Below are positions 49,925 through 57,954 of a stretch of 64,000 bases of DNA, piece by piece. Both the position numbers and the translations under genes were made by a program. The stretch lies in IMG/VR virus record IMGVR_UViG_3300020577_007233, positions 61,593 to 125,592 of that record; one strand, given 5' to 3'. Positions within the stretch are counted from its first letter, which is position 1; every line of letters starts with the position of its first letter. The notes beneath the pieces were generated by a model. That model had not been told where the DNA came from. It did not search any database and saw only the letters and a program-made list of their open reading frames with translations. The DNA comes from a virus. Taxonomy: Duplodnaviria > Heunggongvirae > Uroviricota > Caudoviricetes.

Positions 49925-52675
49925 TTACTTGTCCTTAATTCGCTTCAGAGTTTCGGTTACAATCTCTGATCCAATCTTGGAGAAAGCGTCAACAAATGAT
50001 CTTTTGATTTCATCAAGATCCTTTTCGGTTATGATCATCTTTGGAGAACTGGAACCCTTGTCATCAAACGCTTTCTTTACTCCCTCTGCTATGGCAGAAG
50101 TTACTTCGGCGGTTCCTTGCGGTCCTATACCAAAAGCAGCAGCGGCAGGAGACATTTGAGAACCCTTTTCTGCTTGATATTTCATCATTGCATTGACGGT
50201 ATCCTGAACCATGCTCTTTGGATTAATACCATAAGTAGAAAGAACGTCTTGTTCCCACGCACCAGCATTACCTTCTCTAAAACCGCCAGGAGTCCAAGAT
50301 GCAGACTCAGTTCTTCCTCCTGTTGTCCCGCCCATTCTAAGAGCTTTCAGTTTATCAGGTCTTGAGAAGGCAAGATTACCAAGTCTGCTATTTTGATCTA
50401 TAACTATCCTCGTAAATACACCAGCGCCGGTGGTCATTGCATTAATGGCGCTAATCCAACCTTCTCTCATAGACTTTGTTACTTCAGCCTGCTTCTGAAC
50501 AGTAGCAGTTTGCTTCTGTCTAATTTCAAGAATGTTCTTGTCAGCTTCATACATTTGCCTACGCGCTCTGTCAGCTTCGTCTTGAGTCTTTGCTTCGCTA
50601 AGAGCTTGCTCTGCGACCGCTTTCTGCTGCTGAGCGTTGCTTTCTTGTTGCTTAAGAAGAGAAAGTTCCACACTGAGTTGGTCAACAAGAGCTTTTCTTG
50701 CTCCAACCTGAGCCTTCAAACCCAAACCTGCACTATCTTGCAATGCAATATTAGCTTCTTGAAGACTTATGGCTCTTTGAAGCTGTTCTTCTTGTGCCTT
50801 GTTTGCGAATGTAATTGAATTCGCATTTTCTACTCTCTTTTCAAGGAGACCGTTAAGCTCTGCCTGTACGTCTCTGGTTTGAGCCGCAATTCTCGCTTGG
50901 CTTACAGGATCTGATTCAGAAGAAGCTTCTTGTTGTAATAAAGCAAGACGTTGCTTAAGTACAGCCTCCTGTTTATCAAGTTCTTGATTGTTTGCTCCAA
51001 CAGCAGCGCCTAAACCTGCTATGTTACCACTCTTGCCCAAAAGAATTACTTGACTAGACAAAAGTTTGTTTGAAGACTCAAGCCATTTTTGCTGCCTTGA
51101 AAGAGTGATATCATTTCTTTCTAACTGATAACCAATATCAGCTTCAAAGGTTTTTGTTTTTTCTATCTCTCCGTTAAGGTATTTTCTCTTCTCTTCTTGT
51201 TCTTCAAGTTGCTTATTAACATCTTTTTCTTGCTCAAGAACAGCTTTCAACTCAGCCTGAGCAGCCTTCATTGCATTCATTGTTTCTTCGCTTGCAATTC
51301 CTTGGCTTCTAAAGAGACCAGTAAAACCTCCAAGGCTTTCGGTTTTTTCTTGGTCAGCCTTATAGCCTAGGGCAGCTATGGTTGATTTCAGTTTCATCTT
51401 TCTGTCAGTTTCTTGAGCAGCCCTAGCAAAAGCGGCATTTGCTTTGCTTCCCATGTCATTAGCATCACCATAAAGCCCTATGCCAAATTTTTGAGCAGCG
51501 TAGTCTCCTGCTTCAAATCCGCCGATAGCAGCGCCAGCAATAAGAGCGCCCGAACCAACGCCAGCAGCAATACCGCCAGCACTACCAAAGCTAGCGGCAC
51601 CTCCCATTGCGTTGATAGCACCAGCACCAGCGGAAAGGCCTCTTCCTCCAAGGCCTAAAGCACCTCTGCCAAGGGACGCTCCGCCTCTGATTAATTTACC
51701 TCCGCCCAAATATTTAAGATCAGCAAGAGCATCAAGAGCGTTAAGCCCTCCAGAAAGAAAGCCTCCCAAACCTGACATAATGCCTTGTATTTGACTAAAT
51801 CTATGAACTATAGGTTCGAGAGCGGCATTAACTTTTTCAAGCCCGCCTGCCCATTTTACGGTATCATCTATGATCTCAAGAGTTGTGTCGCCTGATTTCT
51901 TGAGACCAGATTCAACTCCCATCTGCAAGCCTCTAATAGTGTTTGCTGGGCCTTGCAAGGCATCAAGAGCATTTTGTTCAGAAGCTGATCTGTTTTGACC
52001 TTGAGCGGCTTCTAAAAATTTCTTGTAAGTATCGTAGTCTATTTCTCTGCCCGCTAACATTGCGGCAGCAGATTTTCTTGCTCCCTCAAAGTTACCAGAA
52101 GCAAGCATTGCCTGAAGTTCTGGGTTCTTCTTTGTTACACCCTCAAGCGCTTGCCTGAATTCGTTCATGGCGTCTATATTGTTACCAACAGTTCTTCTTA
52201 GACCCTGCAAATAACCATCAAGCTTAGCAGGATTCGTCATGTTGAAAGATGTTTCCAACGACGAAGAAAGCTTCATAGCGTCTTGATAGCTAAGATTATA
52301 GGTCTTGCGAAGTTTTTCTATTCTATCCGTATACTGAGCAACAGTCATTCCATGCTTCTGCATTTGAGCAAAAGTCTGTACAAAGCTGTCTCTGTACTTC
52401 ATGGAAATATCTAGGCCAGCCTTAAGGGATATGTTGGATGCGCTGATAAATCCGGTAAAGCTATTCATAGCAGAACCGAGCGTTCCAATCACTCTGTTGA
52501 CATTACCAAGACCCTTTTCAAAGGCCGCAATCCTCTCTGAATTCTTCCTAAAAGCTCCCTCAATCTTGTCTAAAGACTCAACAAGTTCTTGCGCACGCTC
52601 AGCGCCGCACTGAACCACAAGGTGAGCGTAGATTGTTTTTTGATTTGCGGGTAATTGGTTTGGATCGAAAGCCAT
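49925..52675 (-). CDS. Tail tape measure protein
   Basis: 916 aa, helical and rich in Ala/Gln/Glu, with a central Gly/Ala hydrophobic segment and long coiled coil. It lies downstream of the tail tube and frameshifted chaperone. Confidence 0.8.
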   Translation of the reverse strand: MAFDPNQLPANQKTIYAHLVVQCGAERAQELVESLDKIEGAFRKNSERIAAFEKGLGNVNRVIGTLGSAMNSFTGFISASNISLKAGLDISMKYRDSFVQTFAQMQKHGMTVAQYTDRIEKLRKTYNLSYQDAMKLSSSLETSFNMTNPAKLDGYLQGLRRTVGNNIDAMNEFRQALEGVTKKNPELQAMLASGNFEGARKSAAAMLAGREIDYDTYKKFLEAAQGQNRSASEQNALDALQGPANTIRGLQMGVESGLKKSGDTTLEIIDDTVKWAGGLEKVNAALEPIVHRFSQIQGIMSGLGGFLSGGLNALDALADLKYLGGGKLIRGGASLGRGALGLGGRGLSAGAGAINAMGGAASFGSAGGIAAGVGSGALIAGAAIGGFEAGDYAAQKFGIGLYGDANDMGSKANAAFARAAQETDRKMKLKSTIAALGYKADQEKTESLGGFTGLFRSQGIASEETMNAMKAAQAELKAVLEQEKDVNKQLEEQEEKRKYLNGEIEKTKTFEADIGYQLERNDITLSRQQKWLESSNKLLSSQVILLGKSGNIAGLGAAVGANNQELDKQEAVLKQRLALLQQEASSESDPVSQARIAAQTRDVQAELNGLLEKRVENANSITFANKAQEEQLQRAISLQEANIALQDSAGLGLKAQVGARKALVDQLSVELSLLKQQESNAQQQKAVAEQALSEAKTQDEADRARRQMYEADKNILEIRQKQTATVQKQAEVTKSMREGWISAINAMTTGAGVFTRIVIDQNSRLGNLAFSRPDKLKALRMGGTTGGRTESASWTPGGFREGNAGAWEQDVLSTYGINPKSMVQDTVNAMMKYQAEKGSQMSPAAAAFGIGPQGTAEVTSAIAEGVKKAFDDKGSSSPKMIITEKDLDEIKRSFVDAFSKIGSEIVTETLKRIKDK

Positions 52676-52703
52676 GTTAATTTATCGTCCTGTATTGTAG
52701 AAC

Positions 52704-52732
52704 AATACAAAGAAAAAACTGCCAATCCTTGA
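52704..52732 (-). promoter_or_regulatory. Candidate phage late promoter TCAAGGA-N15-TTGTATT (copy 1, upstream of tape measure)
   Basis: The same two 7-mers with the same 15-nt spacing recur at 56178..56206. Both copies are intergenic and precede structural genes. Confidence 0.6.
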
Positions 52733-52746
52733 TGGATCAGCAGTTT
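52709..52746 (-). terminator. Rho-independent terminator after the membrane-protein gene
   Basis: Minus strand ACTGCTGATCC-ATCAA-GGATTGGCAGT (11-bp stem with two G-U pairs) followed by TTTTTCTTT. Confidence 0.75.
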
Positions 52747-52775
52747 CAATAAATCAACTACTTCCGAGGATTGTC

Positions 52776-53348
52776 TTATCTAAGAAACTTTACAAGAGCG
52801 TTGTAGGCGAAAGAAGACTCTTCTTCCATCTTCTTTTGCTTCGCAGCAGCCTCTTCCCTTTCCTTCCTGTATCCTTCAAGCTGAGACTCGTAAGGCTTGC
52901 CGTCATTGGCGGCTTCCCAGTCAAACTTCAGCCTAGCTTCAGGACCAGTAGGATTCTGTCGAGCGCCCTCAATAATCGTAAGAACTGACTTTTCAACATC
53001 TGATATTTGCTCAACCCGAGTCATTGAGGTAAATTCTCTCTTAGGCAGTTGACCGGCAAGAGGAATGCTCATAAACGCTGCAAGGTAGATTGGAATGGGC
53101 ATGAAGAAAATCATAAACCCGACCTTTAGAGTGTTGGGCAAGAAAGCCATGAAAAAGAAGCAGAACGTAACGATAAGAATGGGAATCATTGAAAAACCGA
53201 AAGCTCCAACGGTAATTGCGTCCATAAAGGAGCCTCCATTGGAGAGAGCGGTAAAAAAACCCTTTACGGCTGCAATCGCAAGAAGAAGAGCAAACAAACC
53301 AAGCTCAAATCCAAAAACCTTCGCAAGGAAACGATTAAAGCTATTCAT
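52776..53348 (-). CDS. Membrane protein (about 3 N-terminal transmembrane helices) inserted between chaperones and tape measure
   Basis: 190 aa; strongly hydrophobic residues ~10-100, charged C-terminal half; has its own SD and terminator. Confidence 0.8.
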   Translation of the reverse strand: MNSFNRFLAKVFGFELGLFALLLAIAAVKGFFTALSNGGSFMDAITVGAFGFSMIPILIVTFCFFFMAFLPNTLKVGFMIFFMPIPIYLAAFMSIPLAGQLPKREFTSMTRVEQISDVEKSVLTIIEGARQNPTGPEARLKFDWEAANDGKPYESQLEGYRKEREEAAAKQKKMEEESSFAYNALVKFLR

Positions 53349-53352
53349 GGAA

Positions 53353-53400
53353 AGACTCCAAAAGTTGACTTCTACCCTATGGAAGTATTTTGGAAAGTCT
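53353..53400 (-). promoter_or_regulatory. Hairpin sequestering the SD of the membrane-protein gene
   Basis: Minus strand AGAC-TT-TCCAAAA...TTTTGGA-GTCT with inner ACTTC/GAAGT. The GGAG SD lies in the 3' arm. Confidence 0.5.
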
Positions 53401-53434
53401 AGCCCTGGATCTGCAATTTTGAAGCCAAAACGAT

Positions 53435-53842
53435 TTACGAGTTGAAAATTTGACTTTCCAGGTCTTCAACAATGCATCTTGCAATGTTTGGGTCTAACCA
53501 GCCTACATTTTCAGGAGAAGCAGGAATTGGGTTTCCATCGCCATCCTTGAAATCCCAAGATTTGATGAGTTTGGAGAACCTTCCAAACGAAACCGCACCT
53601 GTGGATATTTGCATTCCGCCTTCTATGGAAAACTGTACACCAGAATCCATCAATTCAATAGAGTCTTTGTAGTTCGGAAGTCTAAAAACTAGATTATACG
53701 ATTGAACGCCATCTGTTTTTTCGTCAATGTTTTCTGGTTTGTTTTTCTGGTTGTTTTTTGTCCAGAATCCTGAACCATTTTCACCGGAATACACAAAAAG
53801 CGTAACTGTGATTTCTGCATTTCTATCAACAAATATCTTCAT
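53435..53842 (-). CDS. Tail assembly chaperone-like protein (paralog of 54069..54512)
   Basis: 135 aa; LIKSWDFKDGDGNPIPASPENVGWLDPNIA aligns with CLKDWDVVDENNSPVPVNQDTIGALPPIIA. Confidence 0.7.
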   Translation of the reverse strand: MKIFVDRNAEITVTLFVYSGENGSGFWTKNNQKNKPENIDEKTDGVQSYNLVFRLPNYKDSIELMDSGVQFSIEGGMQISTGAVSFGRFSKLIKSWDFKDGDGNPIPASPENVGWLDPNIARCIVEDLESQIFNS

Positions 53843-54081
53843 GTCAAACTCCTTACCGCTCCAAGACCTGCTAGTGCTTCTGTTTGTTTCTGCATCATCT
53901 TTGTCTTTATGAAGCAGATCAAAAACTGCTCCTTGAAGTCTCTTAGGCTGAGGCCTCTGACATATTCAAGGGTCCATCCGTTTACTGATGCAAGCAAATG
54001 CTCTTTGACCGAATCGTGCAGTTCCTCTTCAGCCACCTCTTTGCTACTGAAGAGGTTTGCCGCATCAGTTATGATTTTTTT
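53839..54081 (-). CDS. Frameshift extension (GT/T part) of the tail assembly chaperone
   Basis: The -1 frame from the A7 slippery run reads KKIITDAANLFSSKEVAEEELHDSVKEHLLASVNGWTLEYVRGLSLRDF..., in frame with track ORF 53839..54036. GWTLEYVRGL is typical of chaperone extensions. Confidence 0.75.
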   Translation of the reverse strand, partial: KKIITDAANLFSSKEVAEEELHDSVKEHLLASVNGWTLEYVRGLSLRDFKEQFLICFIKTKMMQKQTEALAGLGAVRSLT

Positions 54082-54512
54082 CTTTCGTCATCCTCAATAG
54101 CAAGGCTCTTGTCGTATCTATCAAGAAGCGCTGATGCAATAATCGGAGGAAGCGCGCCAATGGTATCTTGATTCACTGGAACCGGAGAGTTGTTTTCATC
54201 AACAACATCCCAATCTTTTAAGCAAGACTTGAAGACGTTTTCTTGATATTTAGACCAATCAACCCTATTTGTTCCATCAGCAGGATTGTAAAACGTTGAA
54301 GACCTCATGATATGACTATTGGTTTTCCATTTCGGAACGGCCCATTTCGTCACAAGTGTATCAACATCTTTGTCTCCTTTAGCAAGGAGACTTTTTCCTT
54401 CGTCCTCTTCAAGAATTTTATACTGTCGGATGCCATACTTGTTTGTTTTGACTTTGTAATACAACGTTAGAGTAATCAGTTCATCAGTGTTTGAAATCAG
54501 TTGCTTCGCCAT
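54069..54512 (-). CDS. Tail assembly chaperone (G-type), 147 aa
   Basis: Follows the tail tube. Start reassigned to ATG 54512 (MAKQLIS) because of AGGAG at 54519-54523. Contains the KDWDVVDENNSPVPV motif. Confidence 0.8.
   Translation of the reverse strand: MAKQLISNTDELITLTLYYKVKTNKYGIRQYKILEEDEGKSLLAKGDKDVDTLVTKWAVPKWKTNSHIMRSSTFYNPADGTNRVDWSKYQENVFKSCLKDWDVVDENNSPVPVNQDTIGALPPIIASALLDRYDKSLAIEDDERKKS
54075..54081 (-). other. Programmed -1 ribosomal frameshift site (A AAA AAA)
   Basis: Minus strand GAA AGA AAA AAA TCA TAA at the chaperone 3' end; the heptamer is in the correct phase and the -1 frame is open. Confidence 0.8.
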
Positions 54513-54533
54513 GAAATTCTCCTGAGCAGAATG

Positions 54534-54563
54534 AAGACAAAGCCCTTTGCGCATGCAAAAGGC
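54534..54563 (-). terminator. Probable intrinsic terminator/attenuator after the tail tube gene
   Basis: Minus strand GCCTTTTGC-ATGC-GCAAAGGGC followed by TTTGTCTT. Confidence 0.6.
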
Positions 54564-54615
54564 ATCTGCCTAAAAGCCTATCGTCATTTTGATGTAATAA
54601 GGAAAAGCGACCGAG

Positions 54616-55671
54616 TTACGTCAAAGGACGGAAATAACCAGGAGCGGTCGGTCCACCAAACGTGGTCGAACTGTCAACGCTAACATTACAAGTACCAAGT
54701 TCAATAGCTTCGTAGTCGTTTTCGCAGTCACCAAGCGCCCTAAATGGAACTCTTGTTTCGATTATGTCGTTGCTGATAGCAACTTCTTCGATCTGGAAGA
54801 TAACACCCCACAAAGCAGTTGCCCAATACGGTACGGTTGAACTACCAAGAGTATACCCAAACTGAATCTTGGTTTGGGACGTAAAGCGACTCTGGTTGTT
54901 ATAGATGAATTCGTGGAACTGTTTATTTGCAAAGCCCATCAAAGCCATACTACCTTCAATTACTCTCTTACGAGCGGTAATATCTTGAGGAACAAGTTTA
55001 CCGTTCAAGGTATAGAAACGATCAGCATTGTTGTTAAGCGTTACTTCGAATGAACGAATATACGAACCAGGAACAACAATACTTTCTTCTCTAACAAAGA
55101 CGTTGATACGGAAATCGTTCCATGTAACAATACGAGCAGGAGACAAGAAAGTTGGCGATCTTTCGCTTGTTAGAGGCTCTCTAACGTTGTCAGTAACGTT
55201 TGCTCCTCCGATAACACCGAATCCAATGTTAACCTCAGCACCTTGAGTGACGTTTATTCTCATTGTATTGATAATGCAGTTTGGATATCTATATGCAGTA
55301 TTGTCTGTATAACGAACATCTACGTTGAACTGATTTACCAATCTACCTACTTGATCTCTTTTTGCCGCAATATTCCAAAGACGATTTGCTAAGTTTGTAT
55401 CGCAAGTAGCAGTCGCTTCTCCGCAATCCTTGCCGGTTCCGTTATTGATACCTTCGTGAACAAGAGGAAATTCACAGTTACCATCAACCATACGAGGACC
55501 GATTTGGTAAAGAGTATTGTCAATGCGGCCATCAACAACGTCTGGATATGAAATATCTTGCTTTGCTCGGATGTCGCAAGACTTAGCTCTTACAAAGATT
55601 TCTTGTCCGATAGATCCGCCGCTGAATCTAACAGAACCAACAAATCCCATTTGCGCTGTTGGTATAGGCAT
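54616..55671 (-). CDS. Major tail (tube) protein
   Basis: 351 aa, beta-rich, with two similar halves (IGPRMVDGNCEFPL; IRSFEVTLNNN...DITARKRVIEGSMAL). Strong SD, position just before the chaperone, followed by a terminator. Confidence 0.75.
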   Translation of the reverse strand: MPIPTAQMGFVGSVRFSGGSIGQEIFVRAKSCDIRAKQDISYPDVVDGRIDNTLYQIGPRMVDGNCEFPLVHEGINNGTGKDCGEATATCDTNLANRLWNIAAKRDQVGRLVNQFNVDVRYTDNTAYRYPNCIINTMRINVTQGAEVNIGFGVIGGANVTDNVREPLTSERSPTFLSPARIVTWNDFRINVFVREESIVVPGSYIRSFEVTLNNNADRFYTLNGKLVPQDITARKRVIEGSMALMGFANKQFHEFIYNNQSRFTSQTKIQFGYTLGSSTVPYWATALWGVIFQIEEVAISNDIIETRVPFRALGDCENDYEAIELGTCNVSVDSSTTFGGPTAPGYFRPLT

Positions 55672-55710
55672 TATCAGTTACTCCTAGTCATAAAAACCAA
55701 AACTCTTAAG

Positions 55711-56145
55711 TTAGCAAGCTGGAATTGCCGTACCATCTGCAAAATTATGATCCGCAGGAGGGTCTGAGATTCTGCCAAGACAGATCAAAGTTCCCGTGTT
55801 TTTGCAGAGTTCGGCCCAGCCCATAGGTACTTGAATGTTTTCGTCGATCAAATACTCATTAACGTCTGTAATATCTTGGCCTGCTCTATTAACAACGTGA
55901 TTGTTGATTGCTCGAACAGCGCCAAGGTATGTCGATGGCGAACGATAAATGTCCGCATTGATTCGGTAGCTTGTCCAATATTCATTGATCAAGTCAATGG
56001 TTGGGTAAAACTGTGTAGACAAGACAATCCTGTATACTGCATCGTACAGATAGTCAACTGAGCCAATATTGCTAGCTCTAGCGTTTGCGTAGTATGTCGC
56101 AATCGCCAGATAATCCGTCCCACTGATTACGTTGTTAGACGCCAT
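55711..56145 (-). CDS. Hypothetical protein (likely virion component)
   Basis: 144 aa with strong SD GAGGAG; first gene after candidate promoter copy 2. Confidence 0.75.
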   Translation of the reverse strand: MASNNVISGTDYLAIATYYANARASNIGSVDYLYDAVYRIVLSTQFYPTIDLINEYWTSYRINADIYRSPSTYLGAVRAINNHVVNRAGQDITDVNEYLIDENIQVPMGWAELCKNTGTLICLGRISDPPADHNFADGTAIPAC

Positions 56146-56177
56146 GTTTGTTGACTCCTCTTTCTAAACTTAGTCCA

Positions 56178-56206
56178 AATACAAGTTCATACTTCATATT
56201 CCTTGA
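56178..56206 (-). promoter_or_regulatory. Candidate phage late promoter TCAAGGA-N15-TTGTATT (copy 2), overlapping the hairpin at 56189..56219
   Basis: Minus strand ATACTTCATGTTC-TCAAG-GAATATGAAGTAT then GAAC TTGTATT. Boxes and spacing match 52704..52732. Confidence 0.6.
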
Positions 56207-56269
56207 GAACATGAAGTATCCTCTTTTTTTCAAGGGCCTCCAATAAACTCCTTCTTGGAGGGTGAAAAA

Positions 56270-57430
56270 TTAGACTACATCTAGAGCGAGGATTTGTTTG
56301 GTAAATCTGACTTCCTCAACCATCTTTGAAAGACTGTCAAGAAAAGCCTTTTCTGAATACCTAGATGCGACTTCTATAGCCGCCTCAGATGCCTGTTGTA
56401 AAAGGGTTTTATTGCTCATAATTTGAGACAATAGGACTGAAAGCTCATTGGAGGAAACAATTGCGAATTCTTCCTCGTTCTGTCCTATGAATATATTGTA
56501 CGGCACAGTAAAGCGTAGTCCTTCTGGCATCTCCGAAATTATTTCACCAACCCTTCCGTATGAAGGACCAACAGGTATACAGCCGCAAGCCATGCCTTCA
56601 AGTAGGGAAAGAGCAGTAGCTGACTTTATCGAACAATCAACTATAATTGCTGATTTGTTATATATTTCCGCAAGCTTAAAGTCTGGAATTCCATCCTTGA
56701 CAGAACAATAATCTTCTGTATATGACAGGTTGACTGCCTTATACTTCTGTTTTAGTATGTCTATGTTGTAATCTCCTGGATCATAGAGATTTGTGTGAAG
56801 ATAGGAATTAAAGGGCCTTTCTGCTACCGCCATAACAAATGCTGAAAGATTACTTGCCTGAGCGTTTCGTGCCGAACAAAGAACTCCCGCCTTTTCTTTG
56901 TTTTCGTAGTTGAATATTTGATGATTTGGGCCGTATGGTACAAATTTAGCGTTAGCATTGGCAAAGGAAGAAATCTCCTTCAAGGAAAATTCATTCGTAG
57001 TTATAACCTGGTCTGCGTATTCAAAAGCATCCTTATTGACGCTTGGAATGCCATTGCAATCTATTGTGTAGATAGCAAGCCACTTAAACAAGGTTGGATA
57101 CATAGCTTTGATCGCATAGATAAAGTTGGTATCCTTGTGATCTCCAATAGTTATTACCAAATCAGGCTGAACCGCTTTCATAAGTTCGTAGATATAGGGA
57201 GAAGCCTCGTCTGTCTTGGGGGTAAATGGATAAAGAAAACAAACATGCTTACTCGCATCAGTATAAGCATGAACTCCTTCATCTGAAGGCATGAAATAAC
57301 CCTCGTCATGATGCCAAACAGCAGAAGAAACAGTATGACCGTCTTGGACAAGTCTTTTAAGTATGCCTGCATTTATCTTGCCGTTTCGAACAAGAAGATA
57401 GGGTGACGCTCCAATAGTTAGGATCTTCAT
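56270..57430 (-). CDS. Glycosyltransferase, GT-B fold, GT4-like (degenerate EX7E motif)
   Basis: 386 aa; MKILTIG, QPDLVITIGD, AEIYNKSAIIV...ALSLLEGMACGCIPV, ASRYS. Confidence 0.85.
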   Translation of the reverse strand: MKILTIGASPYLLVRNGKINAGILKRLVQDGHTVSSAVWHHDEGYFMPSDEGVHAYTDASKHVCFLYPFTPKTDEASPYIYELMKAVQPDLVITIGDHKDTNFIYAIKAMYPTLFKWLAIYTIDCNGIPSVNKDAFEYADQVITTNEFSLKEISSFANANAKFVPYGPNHQIFNYENKEKAGVLCSARNAQASNLSAFVMAVAERPFNSYLHTNLYDPGDYNIDILKQKYKAVNLSYTEDYCSVKDGIPDFKLAEIYNKSAIIVDCSIKSATALSLLEGMACGCIPVGPSYGRVGEIISEMPEGLRFTVPYNIFIGQNEEEFAIVSSNELSVLLSQIMSNKTLLQQASEAAIEVASRYSEKAFLDSLSKMVEEVRFTKQILALDVV

Positions 57431-57433
57431 CTA

Positions 57434-57898
57434 TTACTCCATAAACAGGTACAACGGATTCTTCATGCTAAGCATGGTTATGTTGTATATTTCGTCAATT
57501 TGGGACTGAGAGAACAAAGAACAGCAATCAACAATGACAGCCTCATAATCAGAAACGCCCAAAAGCCTTGTTAGAGACTTGGGTGAACACAAAATAACCT
57601 TGTCTTTTAGATGAGGATGCTGACTCAGAAACAAGTTGCCCATTTGCACGTTGTAGGTAACAAGAACAACCTTACTAAATCTGTCTTCTATGACTTTCGC
57701 AATGGCCGAAGTGTGTCCAGATCTTCTGCAAGAACACAGCTTGACTGTCGAGAACTCTTTAGCTCTTGACATCGCTGAAAAGCCTCCAAGCTCTTCAGAA
57801 AGAAGCCTCTGACTTTCTTGAACCATGTCAATCAAAGTAAGCAAGCAACCGTACAGTTTGCCGCCATTACGGGAACCAAAACTAATCATACTGTTCAT
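57434..57898 (-). CDS. Small degenerate P-loop NTPase-like protein
   Basis: 154 aa; CRRSGHTSAI (Walker A-like with K>H) and AVIVD (Walker B-like). Confidence 0.55.
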   Translation of the reverse strand: MNSMISFGSRNGGKLYGCLLTLIDMVQESQRLLSEELGGFSAMSRAKEFSTVKLCSCRRSGHTSAIAKVIEDRFSKVVLVTYNVQMGNLFLSQHPHLKDKVILCSPKSLTRLLGVSDYEAVIVDCCSLFSQSQIDEIYNITMLSMKNPLYLFME

Positions 57899-57904
57899 AG
57901 GAAC

Positions 57905-57943
57905 ATCTCCTTTTACATAGCCTTACGGGGCCGTTAAGGAGAT
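57905..57943 (-). promoter_or_regulatory. SD-sequestering inverted repeat with a competing alternative hairpin
   Basis: ATCTCCTT pairs with AAGGAGAT (the SD of 57898). CCTTA-A-CGG/CCG-TAAGG can form instead. Confidence 0.5.
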
Positions 57944-57954
57944 TATCGGCATTC

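Noticed and set aside
54513-54554. Track start of the chaperone at 54554
   Set aside because: That ATG lies in the terminator hairpin loop. ATG 54512 has a well-spaced AGGAG.
56237-56261. CCTCCAA/TTGGAGG hairpin as a terminator for the glycosyltransferase
   Set aside because: No U-tract follows it on the minus strand (it is followed by CCCTTGAAAAAAAG). Its function is unclear.
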